Program-made: the position numbers and the translations under genes
Part shown: piece after piece, positions 19,583 to 26,841 of the stretch
Numbering within the stretch: the first letter of the stretch is position 1
Layout: every line of letters begins with the position of its first letter
Notes under the pieces: generated by a model
What the model was told of the DNA's origin: nothing
The model's input: the letters and a program-made list of their open reading frames with translations, nothing else
The model's database searches: none
Virus record (IMG/VR): IMGVR_UViG_3300032212_000087
Location: 1 to 36,214 of that record
Length of the DNA stretch: 36,214 nucleotides
Origin: a virus
Taxonomy: Duplodnaviria; Caudoviricetes
Reading direction: 5' to 3' (one strand)

Positions 19583-19614
19583 CTATCCACATAGTTACCC
19601 ACAAGTTATACATA
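19583..19614 (+). promoter_or_regulatory. Three tandem DnaA-box-like 9-mers
   Basis: CTATCCACA, TTACCCACA and TTATACATA each differ by one base from TTATNCACA. Confidence 0.45.
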
Positions 19615-19686
19615 TATAAGGAATAGAGCTAACGCTAAATCCTTAAACTCAACCCATAGACACCATAAGACCTAATAGGGGGCTTC

Positions 19687-19932
19687 ATGAAGCAATATTT
19701 GTTAAATATACTCATATCTATAGACCAGTTTTTTAACGTCTTACTAAGCCCATTGTTCAATCTCTTTACCGTTTTTAACAACTTCGGCAACCCTGACGAA
19801 ACAATCTCAAGCGTTATGGGCAAGAATGTTAGAGAAAACAGGTGTAAGTTTTGCCATTTTATTTGCTATTTCCTGAATAAAATCGACCCTAATCACTGCA
19901 AAAAATCCATAGAAGAAGATGAAAATGCCTGA
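19687..19932 (+). CDS. Conserved phage membrane-associated protein
   Basis: SIDQFFNVLL...GNPDETISS...DPNHC pattern. Confidence 0.7.
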   Translation: MKQYLLNILISIDQFFNVLLSPLFNLFTVFNNFGNPDETISSVMGKNVRENRCKFCHFICYFLNKIDPNHCKKSIEEDENA

Positions 19933-20170
19933 CCTAAGCAAGGAAGAATTAACAGAGGTTATTAAGGATGCAGTACAAGCTGCTCATGGTGTAAGTGAAA
20001 ACCATAAAGATGACCACGAATTTATACAGCTATTGAAACGCAAAGAAGAACGCAAAGAAGCAAGAGTAGAAAAGTTTAAGCTCTCTGCTATCGGTACGCT
20101 TGGGGTGATGGTTGTTACTGGTTTGATGTGGATAGGTAGGTTCATCGTTGAGCATTGGGACAAGCAATGA
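19919..20170 (+). CDS. Single-TM protein upstream of the endolysin (holin/antiholin-like)
   Basis: C-terminal TM helix; overlaps the lysozyme start. Confidence 0.55.
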   Translation: MKMPDLSKEELTEVIKDAVQAAHGVSENHKDDHEFIQLLKRKEERKEARVEKFKLSAIGTLGVMVVTGLMWIGRFIVEHWDKQ

Positions 20171-20577
20171 GCTTAAAAGACCAACTAATTCGACATGAAG
20201 GATTAGAGCTAACACCTTACACCGATACAGTAGGCGTTTTAACGGTGGGCGTAGGTAGAAACTTAGAAAGGCCAATCTCTTATGAGCTAGCAATGTTCAT
20301 GCTCGATGAAGACATAGCAACAATTAAAAATGATGTTAAGCAATTTGATTGGTTTGAAGGTTTAAACGAAGCAAGACAAAGCGTTATTTTAAATATGATT
20401 TTCAATCTTGGAATCACTCGATTTAAGAAATTTAAAAATACAATTAACGCGATTAAAGCAAAAGACTACTTAACTGCTTCTCAAGAAATGCTTAACAGTA
20501 AGTGGTCGGAACAAGTAGGGCATAGAGCAATTGAATTAGCCATGACAATGGAATCAGGAGAATATCAAAATGTTTAA
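20167..20577 (+). CDS. Endolysin, GH24 (T4-type) lysozyme
   Basis: HEG...YTDTVGVLTVGVGRNL (E-x8-D-x5-T), NMIFNLG, EMLNSKW..QVG.RA. Confidence 0.93.
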   Translation: MSLKDQLIRHEGLELTPYTDTVGVLTVGVGRNLERPISYELAMFMLDEDIATIKNDVKQFDWFEGLNEARQSVILNMIFNLGITRFKKFKNTINAIKAKDYLTASQEMLNSKWSEQVGHRAIELAMTMESGEYQNV

Positions 20578-20749
20578 ATCAAAAACAATGAATTTTAGTT
20601 ACTTGCTTGCTGCATTTGGCGTTATAGAACAAAACTTACCGATGGTTAAAGAACAGATAGGTGATAGCTACGGCCTTGTGTTTATGGGCGTTGGTGTAGT
20701 TGTTGCTGTATTGCGAAAAGTTACCACGCAACCATTAAACGAAAAATGA
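20570..20749 (+). CDS. Putative holin (59 aa), not in the ORF track
   Basis: MFKSKTMNFSYLLAAFGVIEQNLPMVKEQIGDSYGLVFMGVGVVVAVLRKVTTQPLNEK; AGGAG RBS. Confidence 0.7.
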   Translation: MFKSKTMNFSYLLAAFGVIEQNLPMVKEQIGDSYGLVFMGVGVVVAVLRKVTTQPLNEK

Positions 20750-20979
20750 TTAAGCTAAAAATCTATTTCGCAATTGCAGGTGCTTTTCTATTAGCGTTAT
20801 TGAAAGTTTGGTTTATGGGGTACTCAAAAGCCAAAGACGAAGCAGAAAACAAAGCAAAAGAAATAAAAATAAAAGCGTATGAGAATTTAAACGAGATTAA
20901 AGAAATTAACAACAAGGAATTAGACAATGTTAAAGCTAAAATTAGCAATAACGATTTCTCTTCTTTTAACGATAACTAG
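20746..20979 (+). CDS. i-spanin (Rz-like)
   Basis: N-terminal TM followed by a coiled coil. Confidence 0.7.
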   Translation: MIKLKIYFAIAGAFLLALLKVWFMGYSKAKDEAENKAKEIKIKAYENLNEIKEINNKELDNVKAKISNNDFSSFNDN

Positions 20980-21169
20980 TTGCACGACAGTATCCTCAAG
21001 CCTTCCTCTCCCCAATCTACCCAGTTACCCAAAACTATCACAACAAGAACTAAACGCTTTATCTGAGTGTACACAGTGCCTAACAGCTTTAAGAAAGCTC
21101 GCTGTTAAAGACCAATTATGTAGAGGCTCCATTAAAGAACACAGAGCGATTATTAGGGCATCACAATGA
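20927..21169 (+). CDS. o-spanin lipoprotein (Rz1-like)
   Basis: Lipobox ITSC, Pro-rich linker; overlaps the i-spanin. Confidence 0.72.
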   Translation: MLKLKLAITISLLLTITSCTTVSSSLPLPNLPSYPKLSQQELNALSECTQCLTALRKLAVKDQLCRGSIKEHRAIIRASQ

Positions 21170-21336
21170 GCTTTATCATCCTAATATTCTTTTGTGGACA
21201 TAACGACAAAATGGTTTTAATTGATAACGAACAAGCTGTTTACATGAATTACTCAGAGGTTATGAAAGCGCCTAAAGAATACCAAGCCTTATTTGATAAT
21301 CTACCAACCGTTGAGATAAGGAAAGAATGTAAATGA
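21166..21336 (+). CDS. Hypothetical protein (56 aa), not in the ORF track
   Basis: ATGA-coupled at both ends; MSFIILIFFCGHNDK... Confidence 0.55.
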   Translation: MSFIILIFFCGHNDKMVLIDNEQAVYMNYSEVMKAPKEYQALFDNLPTVEIRKECK

Positions 21337-21734
21337 CTTCTATATGCTGCACTAAAACAGAGATGGCAGCCGACCGACTGTGTGATGATAATGGAATAAA
21401 AACGTACATCAAAAAGATTATCAAACTTGATAACGCAATAATCGGTATCGCTGGAGATGCAGAGGATTTATCGAGGTTTGTGGCGTGGTACCAGGATAGA
21501 GATTTAGGTTTAGACTTAAACGATTCGACTGCTTTAGTGCTTACTGATGAGGGTATTTTTACTTATGAGTCAGAGCACCCCATAAAACATGAGGAAGAGT
21601 ATTACGCTATTGGAAGTGGCGCACCTTACGCTTTGTCGGCGCTAGATTCAGGCTTTACCTTAAAAGAAGCTATCGAGGCAGCTAGAAAACGAGATTTATA
21701 CACTGGAGGGCGAATCGATGTCCTTGAACTCTAA
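21333..21734 (+). CDS. HslV/proteasome-beta-like Ntn peptidase
   Basis: N-terminal M-T, AADR, KKI, GIAGD, YAIGSGAPYALSAL, DLYTGG. Confidence 0.8.
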   Translation: MTSICCTKTEMAADRLCDDNGIKTYIKKIIKLDNAIIGIAGDAEDLSRFVAWYQDRDLGLDLNDSTALVLTDEGIFTYESEHPIKHEEEYYAIGSGAPYALSALDSGFTLKEAIEAARKRDLYTGGRIDVLEL

Positions 21735-22449
21735 AGTACTTTTTTTAGATATAGAGTCGTCACCTAATGTCGTTTATTCGTGGCGAGTCGGTAGAAAAAT
21801 AAACTTAACTCCTCAAAATATAATCGACGAAAGAAAAATAATTTGTATTTGCTATAAATGGTTAGGGGATAGAACGGTACACTCCCTTGATTGGGGCAAT
21901 AACCAAAACGATAAAAAACTATTAAAAGAATTCTCAAAAGTTATCAATCAAGCCGATGTTGCTATAGGGCATAACGGCGACCAATACGACATGAAGTTTA
22001 TAAATGGTCGCTTGGCTTACCACTCCTTACCCCCTTTGGAAGATATAACAACCATTGACACACTCAAGCAATCAAGAAGAGTGTTTAATATTAACTCTCA
22101 CAAGTTAGACTATCTTGGCGACTTCTTTAGTCTCGGTAGAAAAGTTGAAACGGGTGGCTTTCAGTTATGGGTTGATGTCCTTAATAAAGACCTAAAAGCC
22201 CTAAATAAAATGATACGGTACTGTAAACAGGACGTTAAATTACTAGAAGAGGTTTATAAAAAGATTCGTTCTTATGCGCCTCAGACGGTACACATGGGCG
22301 TATTAGAGAATAAAGATAAGTTAGCCTGTAAAGCATGTGGGAGTAAAAACACTCGACCAAGAGGACAGAGGTTAAAAACTAAAATCCTTTATTATTGCCG
22401 AGTATGTGAGGATTGTAATCATTTTTGGCGAACAGAAATGAGGGTATAA
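21718..22449 (+). CDS. DnaQ/RNase H-like 3'-5' exonuclease with a C-terminal Zn ribbon
   Basis: FLDIES, GHNGDQYD, IDTL, YCKQDV; CKAC...CEDC. Confidence 0.85.
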   Translation: MSLNSKVLFLDIESSPNVVYSWRVGRKINLTPQNIIDERKIICICYKWLGDRTVHSLDWGNNQNDKKLLKEFSKVINQADVAIGHNGDQYDMKFINGRLAYHSLPPLEDITTIDTLKQSRRVFNINSHKLDYLGDFFSLGRKVETGGFQLWVDVLNKDLKALNKMIRYCKQDVKLLEEVYKKIRSYAPQTVHMGVLENKDKLACKACGSKNTRPRGQRLKTKILYYCRVCEDCNHFWRTEMRV

Positions 22450-22511
22450 TAAATTACTAGCGCCCCTAGCGCAGCCAAAAGAATACAGTTAACACAAGAA
22501 TAAATACACAC
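22419..22511 (-). CDS. Possible hydrophobic micro-peptide (30 aa)
   Basis: GTG start after AAGGAAGGA; MCIYSCVNCILLAALGALVIYYTLISVRQK. An alternative 16-aa frame starts at TTG 22516. Confidence 0.35.
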   Translation of the reverse strand: MCIYSCVNCILLAALGALVIYYTLISVRQK

Positions 22512-22523
22512 CTCAATCCTTCC

Positions 22524-22595
22524 TTAGATTAACGATAAAATACTAATCATTAGTAAAGTTAACAAGCAAAAACAACTTAAAAATACAGCCCTCAT
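22524..22595 (-). CDS. Hydrophobic micro-peptide (23 aa)
   Basis: GAGGGATGGA RBS; MRAVFLSCFCLLTLLMISILSLI. Confidence 0.5.
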   Translation of the reverse strand: MRAVFLSCFCLLTLLMISILSLI

Positions 22596-22717
22596 TAATC
22601 CATCCCTCAGCTACAACATCCCAAAAAAGCGAATCTGTTAACACTGTAATTGTGGAATATTTACTTTACAAGGACTAAATTTTGTTTTGGTAATATTTCA
22701 CATTTTCACTGTTTTTT

Positions 22718-22735
22718 TGTAGGGTGATGCTTACA
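22718..22735. promoter_or_regulatory. GacA/UvrY-box-like palindrome
   Basis: TGTAGG-N6-CTTACA versus the consensus TGTAAG-N6-CTTACA. Confidence 0.35.
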
Positions 22736-22793
22736 AAGTGGTTAATATACACTCAATTTGATGTACGCCAAATGTGGTGTTGGTCGGAATGAA

Positions 22794-23066
22794 TTACTTA
22801 TTAGGTGGAAGAAGAGAGCGAATTAAAGCTTTAAGTTTTACTTTAGGCATCGTACCGCCATGCTTTTCTATAGCGTGTTGAATAGCTTGCTCAAGCATTA
22901 GCCTATAAACCTTGGGAGGTATTGGCCTGTATCCTCTGCGCCAATCACCTAAACGAGATAAGTTATATTTTGTTTTTAACTTCTTATTCAAGACGTTTAA
23001 AGACTCCTGAATAGTCTCGTTCCCTAAAGCTTCAATCCAAGTAATAACAATATTGTTCTTGGACAT
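22794..23066 (-). CDS. Small XRE/HTH-like protein
   Basis: YNLSRLGDWRRGYRPIP recognition-helix pattern; likely start ATG 23066. Confidence 0.6.
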   Translation of the reverse strand: MSKNNIVITWIEALGNETIQESLNVLNKKLKTKYNLSRLGDWRRGYRPIPPKVYRLMLEQAIQHAIEKHGGTMPKVKLKALIRSLLPPNK

Positions 23067-23105
23067 AACCTGAGTATACCCCATATACGGGTTAGTGGTA
23101 TCGGT

Positions 23106-23225
23106 TTATAACAAATTCGCCACAACGTAAATCAACAGCATTTGGTTAATAGCTGTTAATATCTTATAGGCCAATGAAAATATACTCTTAATGATAAAGA
23201 GCACTTTTATGATTTTATCTAACAT
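23106..23225 (-). CDS. Hydrophobic/amphipathic peptide (39 aa), not in the ORF track
   Basis: AAGGA RBS; MLDKIIKVLFIIKSIFSLAYKILTAINQMLLIYVVANLL. Confidence 0.55.
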   Translation of the reverse strand: MLDKIIKVLFIIKSIFSLAYKILTAINQMLLIYVVANLL

Positions 23226-23431
23226 TTTAAAATTTCCTTTTTTAAGGCCAAAGAAGTTCGGCTCTACTAATATTTAGTAAAGTTAAGTTTTTGGTCGGGT
23301 TATTTTGTCGTTGAAATGGCACAAAAAAAACAGGCTAAGCGGCCTTTATCTCGGCACTTAGGCGGCTTTTAATGGGCGTGGTTTAGGAAAAAACGGTATT
23401 ATTTCCTAATATAGTCTTTCGGAATTAAGAG

Positions 23432-23767
23432 CTAATAATCCTTTAGCACCCAAACTCGAATATACATATCATAACCTGATAGATACTCTCGTAAGTACTC
23501 TAAATATTTCTTGTCTGATTCTTTCCTTAGAATCATAACTATTCCTGCCTTCTTGCCTGCTTGAAGGGCATACCACCTTGATTGGCTTATCGCGTCTTTC
23601 CACTTGTTAGCGAATTCATACTCAATAGCATGTGTATCGGTTAAGCAGTCTATTCGCCCACCTTTAATAACAACTTCTTTTTGACCCATGCAATTAGCGT
23701 CTTGATGCTCCCTTTCTGATAGGGCGTAAGCGTTAAACGAGAGCAAAAGTAGTGCGATGTATTTCAT
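23432..23767 (-). CDS. Signal-peptide-bearing PD-(D/E)XK-like protein
   Basis: MKYIALLLLSFNAYA| signal; RIDC...AIEYEF..KW...QSRWY. Confidence 0.65.
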   Translation of the reverse strand: MKYIALLLLSFNAYALSEREHQDANCMGQKEVVIKGGRIDCLTDTHAIEYEFANKWKDAISQSRWYALQAGKKAGIVMILRKESDKKYLEYLREYLSGYDMYIRVWVLKDY

Positions 23768-23788
23768 AACTTAATTATAAGGCTACTC

Positions 23789-23817
23789 TTGAAATTTAGC
23801 ATTTTTATTCCAATACT
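23789..23817 (+). promoter_or_regulatory. Putative sigma70 promoter for the structured RNA
   Basis: TTGAAA-17-AATACT, divergent from and overlapping the promoter region of 23767. Confidence 0.5.
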
Positions 23818-23821
23818 TAAG

Positions 23822-24124
23822 TTGTACTTAGCGTACAAAATGTCCCTGAATAGGGTTCTCAAGCACGGAGGGTAATATGTTAAACATATGTTTGAGCGTC
23901 CCATTTTTTAACCAGTCGGAGGTTGACTGGATTGTAGCTGATGGGACAAAAGGCTAGGAAGCGGGTTTCTGGAAATTGCTTTGTAAAACTGAGATGGTGC
24001 TCCTTGCCTCCCTCTAACTAACCAGGCCAATGTTATCCGTACAGGCTCAAAAGCTGCAATAAAAATAACTGCCCCGAGGGGTGAACAGGGAATAAAAGTC
24101 GAATATTGAGCCTTTCCTTTTTTA
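23822..24124 (+). ncRNA. Candidate ~300-nt multi-hairpin RNA (may contain a 26-aa sORF at 23877-23957)
   Basis: Six consecutive stems with G-U pairs on the + strand, an upstream promoter and a terminal stem plus U-tract. Confidence 0.5.
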
Positions 24125-24172
24125 TGTTAATTCACCTTGTTATTAAGAGCTTAAATTAATCTGCATTAGGGC

Positions 24173-24208
24173 TTGATTGCCGTTAAAATGTTGGTATGAT
24201 TCGCGCTC
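24173..24208 (+). promoter_or_regulatory. Stable-RNA-type promoter facing the tRNA fragment
   Basis: TTGATT-16-TATGAT followed by a GC-rich discriminator TCGCGCTC. Confidence 0.65.
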
Positions 24209-24377
24209 TGAACAAATCGCTACACTGACACTGTAGCACGGTATTTCGCTACACTATTGCTACACCGAGCTATTTAGCTAAAAAGCAAGTTATTGATATT
24301 AAAAGATATAATTTGTAGCGAATGTAGCAGTAAATAGGGCGTAAATACCAAGTAAAAGCCTTTTAAAACAGTAACTT

Positions 24378-24417
24378 GGGTGCTTAGCTCAGCTGGGAGA
24401 GCATCGCCCTTACAAGG
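24378..24417 (+). tRNA. 5' fragment of tRNA-Val(UAC) forming the attP identity block (not an intact tRNA)
   Basis: GGGTGCT-TA-GCTC-AGCTGGGA-GAGC-A-TCGCC-CTTACAA-GG: acceptor 5' strand, D arm and anticodon loop; no T arm. Confidence 0.9.
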
Positions 24418-24468
24418 GTAAACTTCACTCTCCTAACTAGTTGAAATATAAGCAATTAAATTTATATC

Positions 24469-24497
24469 TTGCCTATATGCTACACCACCGCTACACT
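24469..24497 (+). promoter_or_regulatory. Putative int promoter overlapping the arm sites
   Basis: TTGCCT-17-TACACT. Confidence 0.45.
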
Positions 24498-24527
24498 GAG
24501 TTTTAATTTACAGTGTAGCGAGATGGT

Positions 24528-25547
24528 ATGGCGGTCATTACAAAAAGACCTAACGGAAAATTCCAAGCTGTTGTCCGTAAAAAAGGTCATCCAACTAAAT
24601 GTAAAACGTTCTCAAAAAAATCTTTAGCTTCACAATGGGCTAAAGAGCTAGAGCTATCATTCGAGATAAACCAATTACAAAATAAACCTGTTACGAGGGA
24701 TTGGATTTTAAGTGATGCGATAGAATCATGGGTGACAAAGTGCATATCTATTCGTGCTGAATCTTCGGAGCCTAGAGATAGATCAAGAGCCAATAAATTA
24801 ATTGAGTACTTCGGTGGTTATCACCCTGATAACTTATTGCCTAAACAGATTTTAGATTGGGCAAAAGATCAAGCTGAGGAAGGCTACAAATCCTCAACCA
24901 TCAAAAGAACCTTAACCTCCTGGGGTTCAATTATTTCTGATATAAATCTTATATTGGAGATGCCTTGTCGAAACCCAATACCAGAAGCTAAACAGTTAAT
25001 CTCAAAAACAAGGGCATTAGAAGCAGAAGAGGGCAGAGATAGGCGACCAAGTCCAGATGAATTATTTAGTCTTGCTTGTGTAAAGCACTCCAATGAAACG
25101 GTAATTGATTATATTATTTTGTTTGCCATTGAGACAGGATTAAGGCGAGGGGAGCTAGCAAGGGCAGCTAAAGAGTATATTGATTTTAACGCTCGAACAA
25201 TGCGCGTCCCTAAAAGTAAAACTGATTGGAAAACAGGAAAGAAGGGTAGAACTATACCGTTAAGTGATTTAGCAATGCAGATAGTTAGCTTAATGCCTGA
25301 TAATGAAACTCTATTTAGTATGGCTCCTGATTCAATCTCTCAAGCATTTGGCAGAGTAAGGGATGTTTGCAATATTAAAGACTTAACTTTACACGATTTA
25401 AGGCATGAGGCTATTTCGAGATGGTTTGAAATGGGTTTGGAGATTCAGGAAGTGGCCGCAATATCAGGGCATTCTAATTGGCAAAGCCTTAAAAAATACA
25501 CCCAACTATCCTCAGAACACTTACATAAAAAATTAGGAAGCAGTTGA
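24528..25547 (+). CDS. int: Tyrosine integrase
   Basis: ETGLRRGEL, KT, HDLRHEAISR, ISGH..W..LKKYT; adjacent to attP. Confidence 0.95.
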   Translation: MAVITKRPNGKFQAVVRKKGHPTKCKTFSKKSLASQWAKELELSFEINQLQNKPVTRDWILSDAIESWVTKCISIRAESSEPRDRSRANKLIEYFGGYHPDNLLPKQILDWAKDQAEEGYKSSTIKRTLTSWGSIISDINLILEMPCRNPIPEAKQLISKTRALEAEEGRDRRPSPDELFSLACVKHSNETVIDYIILFAIETGLRRGELARAAKEYIDFNARTMRVPKSKTDWKTGKKGRTIPLSDLAMQIVSLMPDNETLFSMAPDSISQAFGRVRDVCNIKDLTLHDLRHEAISRWFEMGLEIQEVAAISGHSNWQSLKKYTQLSSEHLHKKLGSS

Positions 25548-25778
25548 CCTTTGACGGTTTAAATAATTAACAACATCACGTGCGTCGGCTAAACGTCTAC
25601 GCCTAACCGTAAAGGTTTTTACTGGGAATTTGTCTGCCGATATTAATGTATTAATAGATTTAGGCGTGTAATGTAGCACCTCACCAAGCTCTTTCATATT
25701 TAAAGTAACGCCATACCGCGTAATCAGCTCATCATATAACAGCATACCTATATCATTTTTTTTAAATATTTCTTTCAT
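25533..25778 (-). CDS. Excisionase-like winged-helix protein
   Basis: YGVTLNMKELGEVL...FPV...RRLADARDVVNYL; convergent with int. Confidence 0.7.
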   Translation of the reverse strand: MKEIFKKNDIGMLLYDELITRYGVTLNMKELGEVLHYTPKSINTLISADKFPVKTFTVRRRRLADARDVVNYLNRQRSTAS

Positions 25779-25948
25779 TTTTCCATGTCCAATATACTTT
25801 GCTCTAATTTAATAATAGCGCGAGATTTCTTTACAACAGCTTCGCTACCTCTATCGATTAGCCGTTGAAGTCTCGCTATCTCTCTTAACTCTTCTAAAAT
25901 CTCTCGCATAGTTTCGTCAATGTCGGCTTTTAGTGCGTCTGCATTCAT
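25775..25948 (-). CDS. Hypothetical coiled-coil protein (57 aa)
   Basis: ATGA-coupled to the xis-like gene; RBS present. Confidence 0.55.
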   Translation of the reverse strand: MNADALKADIDETMREILEELREIARLQRLIDRGSEAVVKKSRAIIKLEQSILDMEK

Positions 25949-25951
25949 CCC

Positions 25952-26113
25952 TTAATCCTCTATGGTTTTAGGTAACTCATTTTCTTTTTGGAGCAACGCT
26001 ATTGCGCGGTCTAATTGAGTGTTTATGTATTCATCATGGATTTTTCTGCCCCATAAATAACCTTCAAACTTTGAGATAATCATCATCAATTCTTTTTTAT
26101 CTTCATCACTCAT
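25952..26113 (-). CDS. Hypothetical protein (53 aa)
   Basis: ATGA-coupled; MSDEDKKELMM... Confidence 0.55.
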   Translation of the reverse strand: MSDEDKKELMMIISKFEGYLWGRKIHDEYINTQLDRAIALLQKENELPKTIED

Positions 26114-26541
26114 TGCTTACTCTTTAGTGTTTTATATTTATGGATGCGCTCGCTCAACGCCTCTGCTTTACCGTAATAGTGTTCGCGTAAGCATCCAATA
26201 ATAGAGTCTGCGTAGTGGATAACATCAAAAGCTAACGCAATCTCTCGCCTCTGCTTTCCGATTGTTTCTTGTTGCTCCTTAATAACGCCATTCAACCGAG
26301 ATATTTCACGTATGTATTCATTGTTAGACACTTCTAACTGCTCAATCTCTTTCTTTTGTTCGTCTATTGTGGCTTGTTGCTTATTAAAATCTTCGACTGG
26401 AATAATGCGGCAAGGTATCTCGTCAATAGGATAGGCTTGACCTCTATCCCACATTAATGAGTCGTAAATATTATTTGCCACATCGAACGCTTCACTTCTG
26501 GTTTTAAATGGATAAATTAAAATATATTTTGATTCACTCAT
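26110..26541 (-). CDS. Hypothetical coiled-coil protein
   Basis: ORF in the left early operon. Confidence 0.65.
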   Translation of the reverse strand: MSESKYILIYPFKTRSEAFDVANNIYDSLMWDRGQAYPIDEIPCRIIPVEDFNKQQATIDEQKKEIEQLEVSNNEYIREISRLNGVIKEQQETIGKQRREIALAFDVIHYADSIIGCLREHYYGKAEALSERIHKYKTLKSKQ

Positions 26542-26546
26542 AGTTA

Positions 26547-26816
26547 TTACCTGTTAATCAAACCGCAATGACCTGTCTTAGCATTATCAGGTAAGGCCTC
26601 ATATTTATTTGTTTTTGGGTTTTCTACTGCTGTGTTATCCCAAGCCCACATCATGCAGTCGGAGGTTATACAGTTACACACTTCTTTTGTTGGTGAAAAC
26701 TCAGATGAGTTGTATCGGCCAAACCATCTGTTAAAAAATCCTCTAACCTCTCCATTCTCAACTTGAGCCAATCTAACATGAGGACACCATTTAGTTTTAG
26801 CTTCTTCTTCTCTCAT
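26547..26816 (-). CDS. Cys-rich conserved phage protein
   Basis: KWCP...CITSDCMMW...GHCGL; AGGTG RBS. Confidence 0.7.
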   Translation of the reverse strand: MREEEAKTKWCPHVRLAQVENGEVRGFFNRWFGRYNSSEFSPTKEVCNCITSDCMMWAWDNTAVENPKTNKYEALPDNAKTGHCGLINR

Positions 26817-26841
26817 AAATCACCTTTAGTTATTAACTGTA

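Larger units (their letters stand above)
24219..24519. repeat. attP: nine GCTACA(C) arm-type repeats plus IHF sites flanking the core
   Basis: Direct copies at 24219, 24248, 24259, 24479, 24490; inverted at 24232, 24314, 24323, 24513. IHF consensus TATCAATAACTTG (minus) at 24286-24298 and a near match at 24434-24446. Confidence 0.85.

Noticed and set aside
24378-24455. Intact tRNA-Val gene
   Set aside because: The sequence diverges after the anticodon loop; there is no T arm, acceptor 3' strand or CCA.
24219-24519. CRISPR-like array from the GCTACAC repeats
   Set aside because: The repeats are only 6-7 bp, occur in both orientations and are irregularly spaced; they fit integrase arm sites.
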